From Camelus dromedarius (Eukaryota): a DNA stretch of 64,000 nt. Below are positions 25,437 to 38,859 of this stretch, one piece after another. The translations under genes were made by a program, and so were the position numbers. The notes under the pieces were generated by a model, which ran no database searches, had not been told where the DNA came from, and saw only the letters and a program-made list of their open reading frames with translations. Positions within the stretch are counted from its first letter, which is position 1, and every line of letters begins with the position of its first letter. The stretch is from contig NC_087437.1 in assembly GCF_036321535.1 (NCBI RefSeq), positions 7,006,001-7,070,000 on the forward strand. The letters are read 5' to 3'.

Positions 25437-26829
25437 GAGGCAGTGTTGTTTGTCTTATCGATACATATTATCCAATTTGCAGAAAATAGAAATAATATTG
25501 CAAACAGCAAAAGGAGATCCTGTGTGCTGATTCCTGTGTCCTGGTGGGCACACACAGTCCTGTTTAGGACAAATATCCCCTCCCTTGGACTATTGCCCCT
25601 GCCAAACAGACCACTTATGTGATCTTTGGCTGTCTTAATGTCTCTTTGGGGACCAATAGTGTTTCTTTTTCCCTATATGCCAACTTTGTCTCCTTTACAC
25701 TTGAAGAATTCAGTATTTGTTTAAGAATAGTTCAAGAATGCAATATTAGTTTAAAGGACTTTTCAACTTAGAACAAACTTGTAGAGATTTAGTCACTCAT
25801 GATTGATGTTAGGCAAATAGAAAAAAAAAAAAAATGAAGGTTGATTTCATCCTCTGCCTTTCAGAACTTTAGAGGGGAAAGAAAGTAGACTGTTTTTCAA
25901 AACTGTTCAAATTTTTGCAAGTAACTTAACATTGCTTTTCTGGTTTTTAGCTATGGAAATGGGGACATGTATATATATCAGCTTCTTTTTTCTTTAAGGA
26001 CTTGTGTTCATTTCTCTTCATATAAACATTTATAATTAGAAATTATTGAATTGTCATCTTAATGTTGCACATGAAATAAATCTGATGTGTGTATTAACAA
26101 CAAAGACTTATGTTCCAAACAGGAAGGACTAATTCATGAAACCAAATTTGAAGTTCAAGCAGAATTGTTATTAACGAACTTGTATTTCCCTTCTTCTTGG
26201 CCCTTTTGGTCTTTGTGCAATGTATACATAACTACAAATAAAGAACTAATGATTACATTTCTACTGGGAAATTTATTTTAAATGTGGCAACTGTCCCTCA
26301 GTTGTGCATGTGCAACTGTTGGCTGATCCAGATTCTTTTGTATAAGGAAAAAAACTGGTGAATCTGAAATAAAAGTGCAAAATATCATCTTTCATGCAAA
26401 TATACTAATCATGCCAAAGAAAGCAAGAAAACTTACTTCAAAAAATAATTGTTTTTGACAAGAGATTACAAGTGGGAGCCTAATAAATAAACTTTATTTT
26501 TGTTCTTCTTTCTTGAAGTTTTTAACCTCGGACTACCTTCTACTTTCCCTGCAACTTACACTAAATAATGCGGGTTGTTGTGCATTTTTTATATCAGGAA
26601 GCAAATGTTAAAAAATTAATCAAAATTGCAGGGAAAAGGGCACTCCCATAGTAGAAAAAAAGAAAATGCAGCTTTATTTCATCATCTTTTTGGAGACTCA
26701 AGAAGGGAGCAAGTTTCCTTTAAAAATATGAGATGATATATTCTTTGAAAGTTGCTTTAACTACCACTGATTGAGATGGTAAATTTGCACCACCTGATGC
26801 TAACAGCATAAAAACAAAACAAAAACCTT

Positions 26830-27300
26830 AAAATTGTGTAGAGTCATTCATATAGAGAAACTCATTTTTAGAAATTTGTGCTAAAGAATATGAGTGTGTT
26901 CATATTAAGTGTAAGAATGTTCATTGCGGGGAAACACCTCAATGTCCAAGCATAGAGACTAGTTTAATAACTTACAATACATCTAATCTATAAAATTCCA
27001 TTCACTATCACAAGGGAAATAATGTTGAAAATATTTAATGATGTGAAAAATATGAAACATTAAGTGAAAAAAGTAAGTTACAAAGTAATTTGTATAAAAT
27101 GATCACATATACTTCAGATATATACATATATACACACACAAATGATACGTTATAAAATGTTAATGAGTCAGTTGTATCTCAGTGAAGCTAGGACAAATGT
27201 TAATGGTATCCGTTTCTGGGTGTTGGGATTATGAAATTATTTTTGCTTATCTATTTTCTTGATATTTTTCAACAAATGAGTACTAGTTTAATAAGAAAAA
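26830..27300 (+). mobile_element. Ancient L1ME-type 3' region
   Basis: aatgttcattgc...cctcaatgtcc...ttaagtgaaaaaag...aaaatgttaa degenerate L1M 3' end. Confidence 0.55.
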
Positions 27301-28539
27301 CAATGATGTTATCTTTTTTTAAAAAAAATCAATGAATTTTTTTAACAGTCTCCCATTTGTCCTTTGAAAATTTGATGGCTATATACATTAGTAATTCTGT
27401 AACAGGTACTTGATTTTCAAAATGAAAATAGATCAGATAGTTTTTTTTATAAAACAAGGCGAAAAAGGGTCATATAAAATATCACAGGGGCTTACTTTAT
27501 TAATAGGTAAGCCATAAATATCCTGATGAATTATTTCCTGATGAGAAATAAGAATTACCCTGGCTCAGGGTTATATTTTCTTGGAATATCATCAAAGCCA
27601 TAAGCAATTCACATAGCTATTCTAACTTTGCATTTTAAGGAGTAGTTTTTAACATTCCTGCATAGATAAGATAGCTCCTGGAAGCTTCCCAGTGCTTAAC
27701 TATTTCTTTGATGACTCAATATAGTGGTTGATTTATTAATATGAATGTTAAAATGATACATATTTATTAGACGTCTATTTGGTATTTAGATATTAACTGC
27801 TGAGTGTGAGGTATGGCCTCTGACATAAAGGAGCTACAGTATTTTGGGGAAACAACTAATATGAAAAAAATAGAATAAATTTTTTAAAGAATATAATCCA
27901 AACGTGAATCGACTGAAGAGACAGGAGCCACGGTATTCGTGTAAAGCAAATGATACATGTAGGCTGAGCGTTTGGGGAAATGTGCAACTTGCCCTGCTTT
28001 GGAAAGAAGAGTAGGATTTGGGTTGAGAGAGGAGAGGGGAAACATTTCAGCTAGAAGAATGAAGGTCTAGAGTCCACTGGCTGAATGTGGTAATTGTGGT
28101 TATGTTTACTGCCTTTTCTCAGAGTCGGGGATTTGGTCCTCCTAGGGCAGTGAGGATGTCTGGCTGGAAGAGCCCTGCTTCTCTGAAAAGGAAATAGTAA
28201 GAGAAGATGGCAGGACCAGGTTAGTATGCTCTGTGGGGGTGTCTTTGCTTGGCTTCTCCGACACCGTGCTCTGAGCTTCCTCCCACTTCGCTGACAGACC
28301 CTTCTACTCAAGCCCTGAATTCTGGGCTTCTCCAACGTCCTTCCAGCTTCTTTTCTGACTTGATCCTCTTTCCCTGGATGAAAGTGGAGGGTCCTAAACT
28401 ATCCATTCCTATGATATAAAACAGGTCCTTGGAGAGGTGATAGATTCTCAGGCTGGGCAGGGACGATACAAGGTGAGCCTGGAGGATCTTGTAATACCGA
28501 AAAATATGGAAGTACAAAGGGTGCGGCGCGTGGAAAGGA

Positions 28540-29180
28540 CACAGGAGCCAACCTGAAATTCCTCACGATGACCAATGAATACTGGAACCATTTCAGTAAC
28601 AAAATAAAATATTGGATTATAAAACAGTAAAATAAATATTCAGAAGTCCATAGTGACATAATTGATTGATAAGTAAATGGTGGAGAAATATTGACTCCTT
28701 GCAGAAGAATTCCAGTTAATAAATGTAGAAGGAAAGAAGGAAATAGCAAATCGTCACTAGAGCACTAGAACATTAGTCCGACTTGCTGTAGGCAAGATCC
28801 GCCTGCGAATGCTAAAATGAGTGGGCAGAAGTTTGAGGAGAAAATGGGTATTTGCATAGCCTCAAAATATTTATTATTTACAAAGGGAAAAAGAGTAATG
28901 TCACTGTACCTACAAGCATAGTAGATGCCACCTTAATCAAGCGATCATAGTTTTTAACATCACCAGTAAGAGGACATGGACCCCTGACATGATGCACTGA
29001 ACAGGGCCCCTCACCTCTGTGATATCATTCCTGTTAGTGCATAACCTTAATCTGATCATGAGAAACCACCAATGTACAGGGTTAGAGTGTCAGGGTTAGA
29101 CTGTTATCCATCTGGCACCCATCAGGAGTGTCAAGGTCGTGAAGGACAATGAGAAACTGAGGGAGATATTTGAAACAAAC
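28540..29180 (+). mobile_element. Ancient L1MC/MD-type 3'UTR
   Basis: ccaccttaatcaagcgatca...aacatcaccagtaa...cctgacatgatgcactga...gtgtcaaggtcgtgaaggacaa. Confidence 0.7.
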
Positions 29181-29277
29181 AAGCCAAAAAAAAAAAAAAA
29201 AGGGTTTGTCACATCCTTCCAAGAGACGAAGAAGAGACTCGATCAAAATGGCAATCCCTGGCAAAGTGGAGGTCATA

Positions 29278-30190
29278 GAGTGCAGCCGACGCTGTCAGCA
29301 CTCTGCCCACATCCCCTTGGCTGTCACCTCCTTGTGCAGAAGGCTTCTTACTGTGAACACCTGCATCTCTCTGCAAGGAGCTTTGTTCTGGTGGTAGACA
29401 GGCTCACTTGTGAGCCCAGCTGTCAACCGCCCCAGATGCAGCCCTTAGCCAATGACGGTCCGCGAGGAGGATAAAAGCCCCAGCCTCTTTGGTCCTCGGG
29501 TAGAATAACCCGGAGACACACTGTCCAGTGCAGTAGCCACCAGCCGCATGTGCTTACTGAGCATGTAGCATGTGGCTAGTGTGACTGGGGGTCTGCATTT
29601 TCAGTTTTGATTTCAATGAATTTAAAGTAAAACATGATACTCTTCAGTTATTTGAAGTCCTTTAAGTAGATTTAGAAAACCTTAGCTACATAAATCTACT
29701 TGCTAACTGTAAATTTTCCAAAATCTAAATACACATCAGGATGAAACTTTAGTGTCCAAGTCAAGTTAATCCTATAAGTATAAAATTGATTTCGATGACT
29801 TAGTAAAAAAAAACTTAATGTCATTAATAATTTTTATATGTTGAAATTTAATATTTTGGATTTAATAGGTTGAATAAATTATTAAAATTAATTTCATTTT
29901 TTATTACCTTTTTAAATGTGGCTACTAGAACATCTAAAACAACCAGTTTAGTTTGCTTCATTGCTTCATAGTCTACTGGCCAGTGCCGGTCTACACTGCC
30001 TCCCTGGGTGGTTCAGTGGATTGAACTCCTAGAGCCCGCAGTGGTAACTGGCTTGATAACACACATTATATTATTATTGCCTTCCTTTCCTTCTCATTTT
30101 CCTGCTTCTCTGCTAAATTTCCTGAGATTACCTCCCAGGTGGCACTAGAATCCTTGACTCAGGGTCAGTTTCTGAGGAATCCAAACCATA
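29278..30190. mobile_element. ERVL-type LTR (LTR16-like) split by a nested hAT transposon
   Basis: tgcagccgacgctgtcagcactctgcccacatcccc start; ends tcagggtcagtttctgaggaatccaaac. Confidence 0.55.
29515..29988. mobile_element. MER33/Charlie1-like hAT DNA transposon
   Basis: TIR-like ends (cactgtccagtg / tactggccagtg), gtagccaccagccgcatgtg and aaatgtggctactaga motifs. Confidence 0.75.
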
Positions 30191-30784
30191 ACAAACAGCA
30201 TTAAGAACAGGAAAGAATTTTAGAGAATAAATATTCCAACCTCTTACATTTGTAGATGGGAAAAAAAAAAATGTGATTCAGAGAGGTTACGTGACATCAC
30301 CAAGGCCACTCCATATTTGGCTGTGAATTCAGAATTCAATTTCAAATCTTAGGTTTCCATGTCCATTTATTTTCTCCCTATACTACATTGCCTTTTAAAG
30401 ATGATCATCAATTTTTGAGACAGTGATTCCTAAGAGCATTGGGCTCATGGGACCAAGTGAAATGAATAATCTGTGTTGGCTTTGCACATGCCCTTTAAAC
30501 CTGCTCAGAGGGTAACCTTTCTCTGCTCCTGGTGGGAAACCTGGAGAGGCTTCTCGACTCTTCTGGTCCTTCTCATGTAACTGCACATCCTCTGGTCACC
30601 TGGAGTCACAATCTCATCTCAGAATTTAGAGCATCTGATGTGAATCCAACTGAATTTACAGTTAATTCATTTTTCTTTCTCCCTCCCCTTCCTCAACTTG
30701 GCTAATCGGAGTTTCCGACCCTCCAGGGGTTGAAGCAGAGACGCACAAGGAGCAGAGAGGTGGGAAATCCACTTAACTGTACCA

Positions 30785-31125
30785 TTTTTAAAAATTGAAG
30801 TAGAGTTAATTTACAATGTTGTGTTAGTTTCTGGTGTACAGCATGGTGATTCAGTTATACATGTATATATGTATGTTCTTTTTTATAGTCTTTTTCCTTG
30901 CAGGTTATTACAAGATTTTGGATGTAGTTCCCTATGCTACATAGTAGGACCTTGTTTTTTTTTTTAATCTATTTTATATACAGTAGTATGTATCTATTAA
31001 TCCCAAACTCCTAATTAATCTGCTCCCCCCTCTTTGCCCTTTGGTAACTATAAATTTGTTTTCTATGTCTGTAAGTCTCTTTCTGTTTTGTAAATAAGTT
31101 TATTTGTATCACATTTTTAGATTCC
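30785..31125 (-). mobile_element. Young L1 3' end
   Basis: Same family motif as the other copies. Confidence 0.9.
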
Positions 31126-33349
31126 CTGTAGAAGTGGTAACTGATACATTTGAAGACAAGGTGGCCCTCTCTATGTCTGGGAAACATTCAGCACCGACAT
31201 GTTCTCTCTCAGACACTTTGGTAGGTTTTGAGAGTTTCCTCTGCTGGGCCTCTCTGACTGAAACCCCCTTGACGTGGTAGGTCTCCAGGGGGCAGCACCC
31301 CACCCTCAACCCCCGCCCCTGGTCCTCTGTCAGTCTGCTCCACACAGACTCTCTCTGGGGTCCTCTTGGGTAGAAGTTTGAATTACTCCAGTCTGATCAC
31401 CTGCTCTAGGATGTAAGCACATTTTCACCTGTTGTCTGTGGAAAGCGCAGATAACCTCCCAGGCCAGCAATGGCCCTCCCACGGTGCTGCCACCAATAGA
31501 GTTCCCATATAGGAGCTATTGTGCTTTCCCATATAGATAGGAGTTCAGTCAAGGTCCTCTGGGTCCCCCAGCTGCAAAAAACACAGGTGAAGCAGCAGCT
31601 CAGGGGGGCTCATTGATGCCCCACTAGGTTTGGGGTGGTGGGCAGTGGTGGGTTCTCCTCCTTCCCCTTGTGAGCTGAACTCAAGAACAGTTCTCTTTAA
31701 AGTTATTCCCCTCACAAATTCCTCTTTCATCTCCCACATCTGGCCCCTTTATAACCTTGAAATAGGTGAGGGGTTCCAGGAAGTTCTTAAGCAAGTTTCT
31801 GCAAACCTCTTCTGTAAATTTCCATATGGTCGAGCACCTCCTTTGTCACATGGCGTTATTCTAATGTGGTGACTCACCTGAAATTACGAACTTCATATTC
31901 TGATATATTACAAAAAAAGTTGAGCTGGGCATAAGTGAAACAGCCTTGATCAATGTGGACCTTTTATCATTGGAGTTTGGCAATGAAAGAAACAGGTTAG
32001 CGGTCAGGTAAGTAGCAGATAAAGCAAAAGTTTAGTTTTAGGGTTTGTAATTATTTTGTAAATAAGATATGCAGGCTTTTATATGTTTGAAAAGATCTGG
32101 GGTGAAGCTACAGAGAAAAATAGTGTTTTATTGTGGGAGCTTGTTTTTTTTTTTTCTTTTCGTTTTTGACTTCAACTGTATGCTTTTTAATGAAATAAAT
32201 AAATATTGCCTGTCTTGAGAGCTGTGTGATTTCCTTTGATAACTGCTAAGACACCAGAGGTTTCCATTGTTTTTGATCCTCTTTGATCTGTCTCAACTAC
32301 TCTTTTTTTCAGCATTGTAGCATTTTTGCAATTTTTACATGAGAATGAACGATTAAAGTTAACACTGTCGCTATAATTAATTGAAGAATATGGCTGTACC
32401 TACACAATGAAGTCATTTGCAAGCATCCTCTTCATCTTTTTCTCAGTGGATTATTATTTTATTTGCATGGACACTCACAACTGTAGCCACAGCAAGCAAA
32501 TATCTTCTTAACAAAAGAAATAATTTAAAAATTTTAGACCATTTCACAGTCTCAAAGTTTAGTATCAAAGCATTTCAAACAGCATGCCTGTTAGAAAATT
32601 TATCACTGTCTCTTACAGGAACAAGAAGATGCTTAGTAACCAAACTCCAAATACACCAAACTCTAAATTTCTTGTTTGAAAATAATGTACAATGCCCATC
32701 CCAAGTTGGCGATCTTTAATGGGTCCTTTCCAGTATTGTTTAGAAAACGAAATAGCAAGGCTTTGTTTAGCTGGATAATTCATCAAGGATTTTCACTATT
32801 CGTTGTCTACAGGGATTCCGGGGGGGAACAGACTCAAATTTGATGCCCTATCAATATAGCACAAGTCATGACAGTTTTCTGCAATTTTAGCATTCAGGCA
32901 GTATTAGCCTTGCTTTAAAATGAACAAAGAAGAAAAGAAAGGAGAAAGATGTAATGTTAATAGACCGCCTTCTGTGCTCCCTCAGGGGGAGGTCTTTTTA
33001 AATAAGAGTCTTGAACTTGACCTTCGTCATGGCACAGAGGTCCAACACACAGTTTTTAAAGTTACGTTTAAATTTTAATAATTTTACTCATTGGAGGCAG
33101 TTAGAATGAGACTCTCAAAATCTAATCCTCAATCTTTCCGTGTAACTGATTGGCAAAGAAAGGACACTTAAGGAGAGAAGTCTGTAAGAAGTACAGCATG
33201 GATTGCCCTGACTTCTGTATCTCACACCATCAAGCTGCTGTCAGGTCATTATCACTGTGGTATTTGAGTTGGAAAATACAATTTGATATCGAGTTAGAAT
33301 GGAAAAATCCTTAACTTTATGATAAATCTAGTTTGAAGAACCTCATATT

Positions 33350-33650
33350 AAAAACAAGATGGAAAAAAAGTCATATTCTCAGTGCTGGCAAAATGGCATG
33401 GAAGAAGTCTGTCATATGCTGTTGGTGAGAGTGTAAATTTTTAAAATCTTTCTGGAAGGCAGTTTGGCCATGTCTATTGAATGCCTCAGAATTTTGCATA
33501 AAACCTTTAAACCAGCATTTTTTACTTTGGGGGATTCACGCTAAGAAAATAGTCATAGATGTTTGCAAAATTACAGCTACGAGATTTTTATGGAAGTGTT
33601 TTTTGGTAGAAACAAGAACTGAATGAAACATAAATATTTAACAACCAGGC
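33350..33650 (+). mobile_element. Ancient L1M 3' ORF2 remnant
   Basis: tgctgttggtgagagtgtaaat...ttctggaaggcagtttggc. Confidence 0.6.
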
Positions 33651-34622
33651 TTTATTTAGCCCTTAAAAGTGATACTAGAGAAATATATAATATCAGGGGA
33701 AAGGTGGGAAAAAAAACTGATAAAAAATAGTGTGCACAATGTGACTCCCTTCTGTAAGAAAAAAAAAATTTTGCATCAAAAAAATATTGGATGAAAACAA
33801 ACAGAAATAAGAACAGCGATGTCTGTGTGTCACGCACCTAGGCACAGCATTTTTTTTTCTAACATGGAAATAGCTTTTTTAATATTTTTAAAATTCAAAT
33901 GCATACTAGGTGTAGACATCTCAAACCACTGAAAAGTAAAATAAATAAATAAAACTGTGTGGGCCCTTCTCTCTGCAATGGCATCATTTGGGAGAAAACA
34001 CACACATATGCACGCACACGTGTGCGTCTTGATTTTATTCAGCACATTCAGCACGATGTCTTGGGGAGCTTTACATTTTAGTACATGTATATTTACTTCA
34101 TTCTTTTAAGTTGTAACTTAAGATCCAATAATAAAAATATGTAGTAATCTTCCTTATGAACTCTTCTTAACCTGATCTTTCTATTCCAACAGCAGGATCC
34201 ATAGATCGTTGACCTATTTCCTCTCCTCTTCACTTCGCTTTTCCAGCTTAGATAGTTATTATTTTATTTGACTCCTTTTTGTTTTGTTTTGTTTTTTTTG
34301 CTGCCGCCTGCAAAACCACAACTCTCAATGCCCTAGGAATTGCATACTTATATTTAGAAGTAATATTGCTGTAATAGTTTTCATTTGTATACATACTTTT
34401 CTTTGTCTTGATTTCAGGGTCATTTTACTTGATTTGAAGAATGTTTGGGGCACTTTGTTTTTTTGTTTGTCTAAGAGTTCAAAGGATTTAAATAAGAGAA
34501 ATGATCTGTTCCTTTTGAGTTTGGTAGCAGCATTTTGGCACAGGTAAGGGTGATGGGTGATGTGTATGTAACCCTTTGCTTATACCCTTCAGTGTTTCCT
34601 AAAATTGTTACTCTAGCTCAGC

Positions 34623-34862
34623 TTTTTTTTTTTTTAAGTATAGTCAGTTATAATGTGTCCATTTCTGGTGTGCAGCATAATGTTTCAGTCATATATATAA
34701 TACATATATTTGTTTTCATATTTTTTCATTAAAAGTTATTACAAGATATTGAAAATAGTTCCTTGTGCCCTACAGTAGAAACTTGTTTTTTTAATCTATT
34801 TTTGTATATAGTGGCTAACATTTGTAAATCTCACATTTTCAGATTTATCCCTTCCCACCCAC
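34623..34862 (-). mobile_element. Young L1 3' end (variant subfamily)
   Basis: ttttaagtatagtcagttataatgtgtccatttctggtgtgcagc. Confidence 0.85.
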
Positions 34863-34899
34863 TCACAGACATATTAAACAATCTTAAGATTCCCTTCTT

Positions 34900-35034
34900 T
34901 TTTTAAAAAAATTTTTATTGTTTTTTTGGGGGAGGAGGTAATTAGGTTTATTTATTTAATGGTGGTACTAGGGATTGAACCGAGGACCTGTGCATGCTAA
35001 GCCTTCACTCTACTACCGAGCTATACTCTCCGCC
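34900..35034 (-). mobile_element. tRNA-derived SINE (camelid Vic-1 type)
   Basis: Antisense A/B boxes (gggattgaaccgaggacc...gagctatac); TSD gattcccttctt / ggttccctactt. Confidence 0.85.
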
Positions 35035-35267
35035 TTGGTTCCCTACTTGAGTTAGTTTTGGTAATTTTTACCTTCTTAGGAAACACTTACTTGATCTAAG
35101 TCAGAGAGTCTTTACCTTTTGGGTTCTTATTTAAATGCTATGATCCCCTTTGGCAGTTGGTGAAATCTATGGGGCACTTCTTAAAATCATTTTCAAATAT
35201 GTTCTTCCTGGAATTTGACTTTTATTGTGAGTGGAAGCACATGATTTTTTGTGCCTTCCTATGAATA

Positions 35268-35269
<2 letters not shown>

Positions 35270-35298
<29 letters not shown>
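35270..35298. repeat. (TG)n microsatellite
   Basis: Directly visible. Confidence 0.95.
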
Positions 35299-35301
<3 letters not shown>

Positions 35302-36251
35302 CTGGATTATGTTTGTGATGTTCTCACAATATTATTTCAATATGCTCAGTGTTTTCACGGAATAAAAATGCACAAAGCCTGCTTATGTAATACACTATGT
35401 ATGCTTGCCTTTACCTCGTAGCAGTGTACAAAGCGGGAATCAAAGAAGGATCCAAACAAAGAAAAGAACCTTTGCTTCTCAGAACGTGTAACCCACACGG
35501 CCTGTATCACTGCACAATCTGTGAATACTAATAAGTTACTTTAAATAAGACTTCAACAGTTACCTCCATCATGTGATGTGTTTGAACTTGCAAGGCTAAT
35601 ACTGGTGGCTCACTCAGTTCTCTGGATTACAAAACACCATCCTGCCTTATGGAGAGTTAAAAATTTCTCATCTCAGCTGTCAGGTTCTACAGAACTTTAA
35701 AGAGTGATGGGAAAAGCGCACCCCCTTTCAACTCTTGATGAACAGAAGGAGTAAGAATATTGGAGAGTAAAGTGGGCGAGGGGGTCACTATAGTGGTAAT
35801 GGGTTAACTAGGCAGATTTACCTGGAGGGAGGGCGTGGTCAGCTCATTTGCAGGAGCATTTATAAACAGGAATTTGGAGATTATGTGCAATCGACAGCTG
35901 ATCTAATGACTACTATTAATGATATTTCCACACACCACACCAACTGAAAAGTGATATAAACACGCCTGTGATTTTTACCCATGAAAATTCACAGGTATCG
36001 CTAACACCCGCTATGTTTATTGCCAAGATTCACAACGGAGGGTCGTGCTGAATTCAGTCAGAGGTTAGTGGAGATAAAGATACAATTTCTTTTACCTTCT
36101 AAGATTAGGGACCCACTAGAATCTAGAATCGAGAGTTTCAGAACCTGGATTTCTAGGTTTACCAAAATATTGGTATACAGGAATAGATAATATAATATTC
36201 TCTTATTTTATGTTTTTCCATCTGTTCTTTTGAAACAAATTGCTTTGTTAC

Positions 36252-36482
36252 CATTATATACAGAATAGATAAACAAAAAGGTCCTACTGCGTAGCACAGG
36301 AAACTTTATTCGATGGCTTGTAGTCACCTGTAATGAAAAGGAATATGAAAAAGAAAAAAATATATATATATGTACAATTGAATCACTGTTCTGTACACCA
36401 GAAATGAATACAACATTGTAAATCAACTATACTTCAATTAAAAATGGGAAAAAAAATTAAATTAAATTAAATTAAAATTTTA
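36252..36482 (+). mobile_element. Young L1 3' end, sense
   Basis: aacaaaaaggtcctactgcgtagcacagg...tcaactatacttcaattaaaaa. Confidence 0.85.
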
Positions 36483-37080
36483 AAATAAAATGTTATTTTA
36501 TTTGGGAATTCCTAGAGCATAAGAAGTATAGAATTTTCTTAAAAATGTCTCAGTCACTTAATAATGATTATTTAAGCCAAATCAAGAGTTTAACTGCTTT
36601 CTTTTTTCACTACTTCTTCTTTCATCCTTTGCTCTCCTCTCTATTGATAGACATCAGTTTTTGCTCTGTCTGAGTACTGCGTTGGGTAATTCTTACAGAA
36701 AGTTTTTAGATTTTAAGCTGTCCTAGTCTTCTCATGCCCCTAAATGTTTTTCTTTTGCCCTTACACTTGATTCATCATTTTGCCGGGTATAGAATTCTAC
36801 GTTCAAAATAATTTAATCTCAGACCCAGAGAGGAACTTTTTCCATTCCAGCATCCAGATTTGTAGACAATAAATCTGCATTTTAGCTTAACTCCTCTGAG
36901 GCTGAAGGAAACTCTTTTCATATTTCTGTGATTTCAATTTTGTGATTTTTCTCTTTATCTTTGAAGCTGAATTTTCACTAAGTTGAGAAATTTCCAGCTT
37001 GGCAATATCAACCCTTTCCAACAAAAGATTTGCATCTTTTTTTTCCCAGCTTGGGGAAATGTTTCTTCCCCCCCTCCCCC

Positions 37081-37207
37081 TTTTTGGGGGGGACAGGGGA
37101 TTAGCTAGGTTTACTTATTTATTTATTTTTAGAGGAGGCACTGGGGATTGAACCCAGGACCTTGTATATGCAAAACATGTTCTTTACCTCTTAAGTTATA
37201 CTCTCTC
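37081..37207 (-). mobile_element. tRNA-derived SINE (Vic-1 type)
   Basis: gaggcactggggattgaacccaggacc antisense B box. Confidence 0.8.
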
Positions 37208-37456
37208 TAAAAAAAAAATTTACTTTTATCGTGTTTAAATTACTCCAACCCTGCATGTTCTTTGTTCCCTCTCACTGGAATCACTATTAAATAGAAACTG
37301 AAACTTCTTAATCTATCCTTTATTTCCCCTAACAGTCTCCTTACACTTTCCGGAGCTTTATCTTTTCAGTACTATATGAGACAATTGCTTTGCTTGATCT
37401 GCCAGGTTACTAACTTGTTCATCAGTTGTGTCCGTGATAGAAAATGAATTTTCCTC

Positions 37457-38508
37457 AAAACTGCAGTGAGGTATCACCTCACACCAGTCAGAATGTCCAT
37501 CATTAAAAAACCCACAAATGGTAAATGCTGGAGAGGGTGTGGAAAAAAGGGAACCCTCCTACACTGCTGGTGGGAATGTAGTCTGGTGCAGCCATTATGG
37601 AAATTGGAGATTCCTTAAAACACTAAAAAGAAACTTACCGTATGATCCAGCAATTCCACTCCTGGGCATGTATCCAGAGGGAATTCTTATTTGAAAAGAT
37701 ACATGCACCCCAGTGTTCATAGCAGCACTATTTACAACAGACAAGACATAGAAACAACCTAAATGTCCATTGACCGTTGACTGGATAAAGATGTGTTATA
37801 TATACACAATGGAATATTACTTGGCCACAAAAAGAATAAAATAATGCCATTTGCAGCAACATGGATGGACCTGGAGATTGTCATACTATGTGAAGTAAAC
37901 CAGAAAGAGGAAGAAAAGTACCATATGCTACCACTCTTATGGGGAATCTAAAATAAACAACACAGATGAACTTATTTACAAAACAGGAACAGACTCACAG
38001 ACATAAAGAACAGACTTATGGTTACCAGGGGGTAAAAAGAGTGGGAAGGGATAAATTGGGAATTGGAAATTTGTCCCTCTGGGGGAGTGATGGAAATGTT
38101 AGGTATCTTGATTGTGGTGGTGGTTTCATGGGTTTATACATATACCAAAATTCATCAGTTTGTACATCTGAAATATGTGTAGTTTACTGTACAGAAATCA
38201 TACCACAATATAGTTGTTTTAAAAATTAAGAAAAGGAAAAAAGGAAGCAAACTTATGGTTACTGGAGGGGAGGTGGGGTGGACGGATAAATTGGGAGTTC
38301 AGGATTTGCAGATACACACTACTATATATAAAATAAACAAGGTCCTACTATACAGCACAGGGAAATATATTCAATACCTTGTAATAGCCTATAATAAAAA
38401 AGAATATGAGAAGGAGTGTATATATATGTGTGTATAACTGAATCACTGTGCTGTACGCCAGAAACTAACACAATGTTGTAAACCGACTCTACTACAATTT
38501 AAAAAAAA
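37457..38508 (+). mobile_element. Young L1 3' region (~1 kb), composite
   Basis: ORF2 C-terminal and 3'UTR sequence; contains an older-type L1 3' end at ~38070-38228. Confidence 0.85.
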
Positions 38509-38859
38509 TTGATTTTCCTAAATAATTGGAAATCATGAAAATTTATAAGAGCCTTGTTTTAGGCCAATGTCCATATTGTCCTCAAACTCCTGCCTGAGCT
38601 CATTTGCCTCTTGCATCCTTCCTGTGTTTCCAGGGCCGCCAGGGACAGATTTCCAGCTCTGCTCCCACCCCCACCCCCCATCCTGTGATTTGGAATGGGG
38701 GGGAGGTTGGACATTTCATCAACCATCTTGAATCTGGACTCTTTTTTTGGCATCGGACATGTGTCAGTTTCCATGTTAGTCACTGGCTGGACAACGTGGA
38801 CGCATGGAATAGTATGGCCATGTCCATCATGAAGCGTTTCCCTCTAAGGCACACAGGAA

